Shown: positions 60,922-64,000 of the stretch, in pieces | How the letters are laid out: each line of letters opens with the position of its first letter | How positions within the stretch are numbered: the stretch's first letter is position 1 | From: Bilabrum cf. latius | Lineage: Eukaryota | Length of the DNA: 64,000 nucleotides | NCBI GenBank assembly: GCA_965178125.1 | Contig: OZ237739.1 | Location: 124,001-188,000 of the forward strand | Reading direction: 5' to 3' | Position numbers and translations under genes: made by a program | The notes under the pieces: model-generated | The model's database searches: none | What the model was told of the DNA's origin: nothing | What the model saw: the letters and a program-made list of their open reading frames with translations, nothing else

Positions 60922-63256
60922 AGGCGCCACCAGGCGACCTAGCAGCCGGAGTCGGTCCAGGGGTAAGGGCAAGGGCAGGGGGGTGGGTGTCGCCGCGGGT
61001 CCCCGCCGCAGCACCAGAGGTCCGCACCAGCACCATCCGGCAGACAACTTGCCCAGCTACGCGCGACCAACGGCTGCCTGGATCCGACACGAGGACGAGG
61101 TCGTGGCTCAGCTGCAGGAGCTGGAGAGGAGGCGTCGCACGGACAGCGCCATTCTAAGGAAGGCAGACAAGATCGCAAAGAGAAGGCAGCGTAGGACGGA
61201 GCAGCAGGCGAGCAGGGGAGGGAGGCCGCGGTCTGCTGGCAGGAACGGGAGGTACCGCAGCAACGGGGCTGCCGGGTCCGCGACTGCCTCGGTGGGCGGA
61301 CCACAGTATGGCGCGCCCCCGCTGGCCCCTGGGACCCGAGGGCAGGACCAGGAGGACGGTGGTGGCGGTACAGCGCCCACCCCGACCGTTCGGATGATGA
61401 ATGCGACGCTCACGCGGCCGCTCCAGCGCGCTGCCAGGTCCCGACTGGACAGGGCGCGGATGGGCGAGGAGGAGGGGCGGGCCGTGGAGGCTGCCAGCCA
61501 GGCGGGGCGCCGCGCAACGCAGCGGAACCAGGACATCGACGAGGCTTTGCTGCAGTCCCGGGCGCAGACGCTGTCCAAGGTGACTGGGATCAGCACGGCC
61601 AGGGCCAGGGCGGCGCTGAGGTCCAGCAGGCGCGGGCGGAGGGGCAGGAGCGGCGCTGCCTCGGGGGCCGGCGCCAGTGCCGCTGCGATGCCGCTCGCGC
61701 GCGCGCTGGGCCGAGCTGCGGCAGCGAGGCACGGGCTTCCCTGGCCTGGGGAACACAATCCTTCTGCCCCTAGGTCAGGCGTGTCTTCCGCCTCGGCTGC
61801 CGCGTTTGTCCGGCCCAGCCAGCGTCAGTCCATGCGCCTCGACGCTGACTAGGACGAGGCCGTTGGCATCAACGGTGATGGTAATGAGGACGCAGGGCTG
61901 GGCATGGGCACGATGCACGGCCAGGGGCCAGGCAGCACTGCCACCATGCTCATGCACCCGGTGCATGGGGATGGGGATGGGCCGGACGGCCAAGGAGCCA
62001 GAGCGGGAGCGGGAGGTGCGGGTGGAGGCAGCAGAGACGGCGCACCAGGCAAGAGTGGCCAATCATGGGGTGGTCAAACCGGCATCCCCAGCCGGGGGCA
62101 GTCGGCAGTCGGCCATGTTCGGCTGGAGGAGGCGGGCCACCGCTCTGCGCGAAGCAGACAGGAAGCCATCAACGCATCTCGAAGGGCGCTGGAGGCCGCC
62201 AACCGGATCGAGAGGGAGCTCAGGGCACAGGCGGCTCGGATGCAGCAGCAGCAACAACAGCAGGGCAGCAATGGCAGCAGCAAGCACGCGTCTTCGCGGA
62301 CCGTTCCGATCCCCACCGTCGGGCTAGAGGAGGCTAGGGCTGCAGCCAGCGCGGCCCGTGCCCGCGGGGACCATGGGCCCCACTCGGCCAGGAGCGGAAG
62401 CGCCGAGGAGGCGCTGGCGCGGCTGAGGAACAGCGTGCACGGAGGTGGCATCAGCGACAGCAGCGGGGCTGGGGCTGGGGCTGGGGCTGGGGCTGGTGTT
62501 GGCGGGCAAGCCGAAGCCTCCGGACCCCCTGGCGCCGCGCAGCCGAGGCCGGGACACTCCGGCGTGCAGGCGAGCGGAGCTCTTCGTGCCTTTGCGATGG
62601 AGGGGGTGGGGCCTGAGAAAGGTGCATCGCACGGTGGTGGTAGTGGTGCCACTGCGGAAGCGACGAGCTCTGCGCGTGCCGGTTCCGCACCACCACCCGG
62701 CAGGCGTGAGGCTGGGCTGGCGGGTGCAGGGCACGGTGGTGCGCAGCACCGCGCCGGTGCAGGATCCCTCGGTGAGATAGATGCGTCGCAGGATCCCTCG
62801 GCGGGTGCAGGTGCAGGTGGCAGGTTGGCTGTGTCGGAGCCGCTGGCGCTGTAGCTGCATAGGCTCAAGCAGCTGCGGGCTGCGGGGAGCGGCCAGGGCG
62901 GGTCAGGCGACCTAGATTGGGGAGACGACGATGAGGATGATGAGGATGGTGACGAAGATGAGGACGAAGCTGATGGGGAGGATGAAGATGAAGATGAAGA
63001 CGGCGGGCTTGCCGCCCTGCGTAGCGTGACACACGGGTCCGGCGCGGGCCACAGCGCGCACAGCTCTGCCGAGTCCTTTGCAGGAGGGGGTCACGCGAGG
63101 GGCACTGCATCAGGGGCCGAGGCTGGGGGTGCCCCCGACGGTGTGACGAGTGGGTCCCTGGGCGAGCTGGACCAGGCCGGGCGTGAGCTCCTGGCGGAGC
63201 TGACGCGGAGCAGGGAAGCTCGACTTGGGCCCTCGCCTGGGGAAGGGGGCCGGTGA
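58884..63256 (+). CDS. TBC-domain GAP, Bub2/Cdc16-like, with ~1,000-aa disordered tail (exons 58884-58983, 59115-63256)
   Basis: RGLAWQALLG, Y..LVARGPS, IQKDVSR (Arg finger), LSRLLHA, YSQGM (Gln finger), DPVLHAHL, PLTEVLRLWD. In frame across TAGs at 59525, 61850 and 62852; TGA stop. Confidence 0.82.
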
Positions 63257-63624
63257 CGGTGCTGTTGGGAGCGTTGGTGGTTTCATTGGCGTTCGGCTGC
63301 TCTTGTCGAGGGAGGACGATGTCGCGGGCTCCTGGATCAGCTGACTTGGGATCTCCCAAGATTAGGTGAAGCACTGCCACGTCTGGGCGATGCTGCTGTT
63401 GCGCATTGTTCGTGCAGAATCGAATGAAAGCATGAAATAAACCCGATGCGTCTATCCGATCGTTGGTGGTCTTCCGCGTGGCTTCCATGGAAGCATTTGA
63501 TCCGATCCTCGGTGACTCGGAACCGAAAGCGAAAGCTCCAGCTTCCACGTCGCAACCTGCTGCCAAAATCAAGATTCGTTCGTTCGTTCGTTCGCTGCCA
63601 CACTTTTGGCGATAGACGGTTATC

Positions 63625-64000
63625 ATGGCGAGGCCAGTTTGCTGGAAGCAGGTTCTTTATATTACATTAGGAGTCTCGACAGTGATACTACCTCTTGGCT
63701 CGGCAGGTTTTCTCAAGTACTTTGGCTCTCTGGTTGGCCAACCTATCAGTCTGCTCATTCTCGTTCCTATTGTCGTGGGCTTGTTGCAGTACTTGATCGT
63801 TCCATTTCTATTGTTTCTGTCCAGCGGGTGGATGCTTGTGCCATTTGATCCTGACACGCGATGCGAACCGCGACGGACACTTGAGCGCGGTGTTTGCTGC
63901 TTCAGACTCGATGACGGTGTATAGCCGAACGAAATGGCAAAAATGCGGCAGACAGTTCGTGATTTGGAAAAAGAGGTTACAAGGCTAGCTGCGATTTCTG
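63625..64000 (+). CDS. Hypothetical membrane protein, 5' part (runs off the window)
   Basis: Two hydrophobic segments; the frame continues through TAG at 63922 into coiled-coil-like MRQTVRDLEKEVTRL. Confidence 0.5.

Noticed and set aside
1-64000. tRNA-Gln(CUA) or other RNA genes
   Set aside because: No tRNA-like or rRNA-like sequence recognised by eye; a covariance-model scan is needed to exclude them.

Overview
GC-rich, gene-dense eukaryotic (protist) nuclear DNA with short GT-AG introns, all starting GTGAG. The ORF track is fragmented because this genome appears to use a non-standard code in which UAG is a sense codon for glutamine while UGA and UAA remain stops. Read this way, the fragments join into about 15 coherent host genes: a long hypothetical protein, ascorbate peroxidase, a Rab5ip/RAB5IF protein, two tandem GT64 glycosyltransferases, a penta-EF-hand protein, a degenerate SET/LSMT-like protein, a formiminotransferase-like protein, LYRM7, a hypothetical protein ending in a 55-bp minisatellite, a Frag1/DRAM-like membrane protein, a ~6,660-aa cytoplasmic dynein-1 heavy chain in one ~20-kb exon, mitochondrial uS15, an IQ-motif protein, a Bub2-like TBC GAP and a partial membrane protein. 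An apparently intact 8.3-kb Ngaro-type tyrosine-recombinase retrotransposon with split direct repeats (11302-19640) also uses UAG=Gln. The overall style (Gly/Ala-rich insertions, Ngaro element) is reminiscent of bicosoecid stramenopiles, but that is inference only. All family calls come from motif recognition by eye, and all counts are manual.
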